Origin: a virus | Taxonomy: Duplodnaviria > Caudoviricetes | Reading direction: 5' to 3' (one strand) | Virus record (IMG/VR): IMGVR_UViG_3300030372_004521 | Location: 1 to 64,000 of that record | DNA length: 64,000 nt | In this document: one piece after another, positions 61,201 through 64,000 of the stretch | Layout: each line of letters begins with the position of its first letter | Position numbering within the stretch: the stretch's first letter is position 1 | Notes under the pieces: generated by a model | Seen by the model: the letters and a program-made list of their open reading frames with translations, nothing else | Told to the model about the DNA's origin: nothing | The model's database searches: none | Program-made: the position numbers and the translations under genes

Positions 61201-64000
61201 GTGGCAGAAAAATTTGATTTCAGGGACCCTTTTCCAATATCAGGGCAATCGCCATTTCTAGAAGAAGATAAAGAAGAAGAAGAAGATTCTAAAGTAATTG
61301 GTCCTGGAGGTTTATCTGTTTCCGCTGAAGACCAGCCACCATCATTTGACTGGGTTAACCCTATAACACCTTTGGCAGACAGCACCACTTGGGCTCAACC
61401 CGTAAAAAAATTAGCTTACGAAACTGTCGAATTTGGTTATGATCTAACACGAGGCATTCCAGCCTTAATGTCTGAAGCCGATGAAAGGTATCCAGATTCT
61501 AGCATGGAGAACTTGAAGTATCTTAAAGATTGGGGTTGGACTGGAATAGAAAATATCGGAACTAGATTTGAACAAATGTGGAAGGGAATTGAATTTCAAA
61601 TAAGTGAAAGTGTATCAAGTCCCGAAGCCTCATATTCTCCAGAAGTAATGTCGTATGGTGGTGGATATGGGCAGGATAGATGGAGTGCTCCAAGAATTAA
61701 CCCAAATTATCTAGAGAGAGAAGAGTTAAGAGCTCAAGGTAAACAAGATTCTGAAATTGATGAAATATTCTCCAAAAGACGAGAACCAGCCCTGAGAGCG
61801 TTTCAGGAGGAATGGAAGAACCTTGAAAAAGTTATAAACAAAAGAAACAAAGATGCAAATTTAGGAGAATATGGTTCCATAGCCGCTTCGGGTGTTGAGT
61901 CAGCAGCAGTAATTGCCTCTGGAATAGCTCTTAATTTTGCAACTGGAGGAACAGCTACTGTCCCTACAACAACTACCATCCTTGGTTATTTTGGGCTACA
62001 AACCCAAGGTATAAGTTACGGAGAAGCAAGAAGGCAGGGTCTTCCACATGGCGAAGCAGTAAATTATGCAAACATAAATGCACTTTTAGAAGTTGGGACA
62101 GAAGCATTACCGGTACTAAGATATATGAGACCAATAGGCGGTAAAAGAGTAACAGATATATTTAAAAGAGGTCTTGTTGATGTAACAACTGATGTAGGAA
62201 TGGAAGTTGTAAATGGTGTTCTGCAAGAAGTAAATACTGCTTGGTTTGATTTAGAAAGTAATTTAAAGGATGCTTATGATAACAGAAACAACCCTTTATA
62301 TGATGGACCAACAGTAGGCGAGGCACTAACGGATGTTGCATCACACTCTTTTTTAGCAGCAATAATTGCATCTGGAGGAATTTCTTCTGCAATAACTACA
62401 GGGGAAGTTGTTTATTCTCCTGAAGTAAACAATTTAATTAAAGGCTATAAGAATGACCCTAAAATAAACGAGTTTATAGATAATTTTGAAACATTAGTAA
62501 ATAACTCAGGACTAAATCATCAAGCTATAGATGAGTTTGCTCAAACAGTTTTTTCCCCAGAGTTTGCTCAATACAATATATCTACAGTAGAAGAAGTTTT
62601 GGCTCAGAAAATTCTAGAAAAAGAATTTATTAAACCAAAAATAACACCAGTAGAAGGGGAAGCAGACACACTTACAGAAGAAGGCTTAGAGGAGAAAAGG
62701 GCGGAAACAGAAACAAGTGATGAATACTTTGACCGAACATCTAGAATTAACCAAAGAAGAAGGCAACAAGCAATAGACCAAGATCCAGAGTGGGCAGAAG
62801 CTAGAGAACAAAATGAAAGAATCAATCAAAGTGTTGCTGAACAAGTTGAAGAAAAATTTCCAACACAACCTCAAGAATTTTCTTGGAATAATCCATTAGA
62901 TAATAAAGTTGAGCCTCTAAAAGTTATAACATCAGGAAATGAAGTATTAAATCCAAATTTCAGCAACGAGCCTACAACTAAAGAAGACCTTAATATGTGG
63001 CAAAGTATTAATAATTATCAAAAATCATTAGAAAGCAAAATACCTGAACAAATAAAACCTATTATAAAAACCACTTATGACACCAATGATCCTGATTTTA
63101 TTGCAGTAAGAGATAAGATTATTAAACAAAAAATTTGGAATAATACTAGAAATTATAACGGGCTAAATGAAATAATAAAAAATTTCCCAGATTCAGAATA
63201 CGCTACGATGAGAGATCTTTTACCTGATGAGGTAAATAATGTTGCCACAGCTGCTTTGAACTTAATTAATTTAGGTATGCCTATAGAAATTTTTGATGAC
63301 TTAGGCAGTATTCTTGTTGCCGGAAAAGACTCTTTTAAAAATGTAAGGCAAAACAATAAAGATAAAGTTCTTATAAGAGGAATTTACTCCACAAAGAATC
63401 AATACCTATTATTAGACCCCACTGTTGGAGTTACAACTGGTGAGGCTATGAAAACAAAAACTAATCTTTCTGAAAAACAATTAAAAGATTTAGATGATGG
63501 TAAATACTATGAATCCCCTATGGGAGCTAAATATGAACTTATGCAAATACTATCTCATGAACTAGCACATCATATAGATTCATATCAAAGTGGTTTTGAT
63601 GGATTGTTTGCTTCTCAAGGCTCACCGTTATTTGATATAGACATTAATGATTTTACTTCTAAATTTCCAGGAATATCTACTGGACCAGGTTATCAATTTA
63701 CCTCACAAGATTTTGAGAATGCTGGACTTGGACCGATTCTTGCAGAAGCAGTAAGTATGTATTTAAATGAAAGTAATTCCTTAGAAGATTCAAAAGCCCT
63801 GAGTGCAGCAATGTTGGGCTATCCTTTAAAACAATTATTCTCAATAAGCTCTAGAGAAGAAATTTTAGAAAAAGGAAAGGACCCTAAAGATTATGAAGCT
63901 CAAAACCAAGGCATAGTTGACTTAGTAAAATCAGAAACATTTGCACAACTTTATGCAATGTATTATGCTAATAAAGACTTGTTACGGGAGCAAGCTCCCC
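61201..64000 (+). CDS. Large internal virion/polyvalent-type protein with zincin HExxH motif; 3'-partial, not in ORF track
   Basis: GTG 61201; the frame appears open to the window end (>930 aa; spot-checked); HELAH at 63556-63570 and ETFAQ at 63934. Confidence 0.7.
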   Translation, partial: MAEKFDFRDPFPISGQSPFLEEDKEEEEDSKVIGPGGLSVSAEDQPPSFDWVNPITPLADSTTWAQPVKKLAYETVEFGYDLTRGIPALMSEADERYPDSSMENLKYLKDWGWTGIENIGTRFEQMWKGIEFQISESVSSPEASYSPEVMSYGGGYGQDRWSAPRINPNYLEREELRAQGKQDSEIDEIFSKRREPALRAFQEEWKNLEKVINKRNKDANLGEYGSIAASGVESAAVIASGIALNFATGGTATVPTTTTILGYFGLQTQGISYGEARRQGLPHGEAVNYANINALLEVGTEALPVLRYMRPIGGKRVTDIFKRGLVDVTTDVGMEVVNGVLQEVNTAWFDLESNLKDAYDNRNNPLYDGPTVGEALTDVASHSFLAAIIASGGISSAITTGEVVYSPEVNNLIKGYKNDPKINEFIDNFETLVNNSGLNHQAIDEFAQTVFSPEFAQYNISTVEEVLAQKILEKEFIKPKITPVEGEADTLTEEGLEEKRAETETSDEYFDRTSRINQRRRQQAIDQDPEWAEAREQNERINQSVAEQVEEKFPTQPQEFSWNNPLDNKVEPLKVITSGNEVLNPNFSNEPTTKEDLNMWQSINNYQKSLESKIPEQIKPIIKTTYDTNDPDFIAVRDKIIKQKIWNNTRNYNGLNEIIKNFPDSEYATMRDLLPDEVNNVATAALNLINLGMPIEIFDDLGSILVAGKDSFKNVRQNNKDKVLIRGIYSTKNQYLLLDPTVGVTTGEAMKTKTNLSEKQLKDLDDGKYYESPMGAKYELMQILSHELAHHIDSYQSGFDGLFASQGSPLFDIDINDFTSKFPGISTGPGYQFTSQDFENAGLGPILAEAVSMYLNESNSLEDSKALSAAMLGYPLKQLFSISSREEILEKGKDPKDYEAQNQGIVDLVKSETFAQLYAMYYANKDLLREQAP

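Noticed and set aside
1-64000. Prophage in a bacterial chromosome (curli and cyclase as host genes)
   Set aside because: No integrase, att-like boundary or housekeeping genes seen; both cassettes are flanked by phage fibre and holin genes

Overview
AT-rich (by eye ~33-36% GC), densely coding tailed-phage DNA, most likely marine, and apparently two phage genomes joined. (1) Bases 1-45290 form a complete, circularly closable ~45.3 kb siphovirus-type genome: position 1 matches 45291 in frame inside the tail-fibre gene. It has HK97-type head genes, a GTA/lambda-like tail with a G/GT frameshift, ERF, a PD-(D/E)XK nuclease, an HTH initiator, a primase-helicase, an amidoligase/GGCT pair and a ParB-cupin-IbrA/IbrB-like module. 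I found no integrase or DNA polymerase. (2) From about 45550 the sequence continues into a different, podovirus-like phage (tail nozzle-like protein, fibre, ejection-like proteins) with a different oligonucleotide signature: TCGA is absent before 46270 and common after. The most striking feature is a cassette present in both phages between the tail fibre and the holin: small fibre-associated gene, TM/coiled-coil protein, CsgF, CsgG, a curlin-like beta-solenoid, a FecR-domain protein and a CHASE2 class III adenylate cyclase. The genes overlap tightly and the cassette has its own -10 promoter, which suggests a phage-encoded trans-envelope secretion and cAMP-signalling system. All assignments come from motif recognition by eye; no database searches were run.
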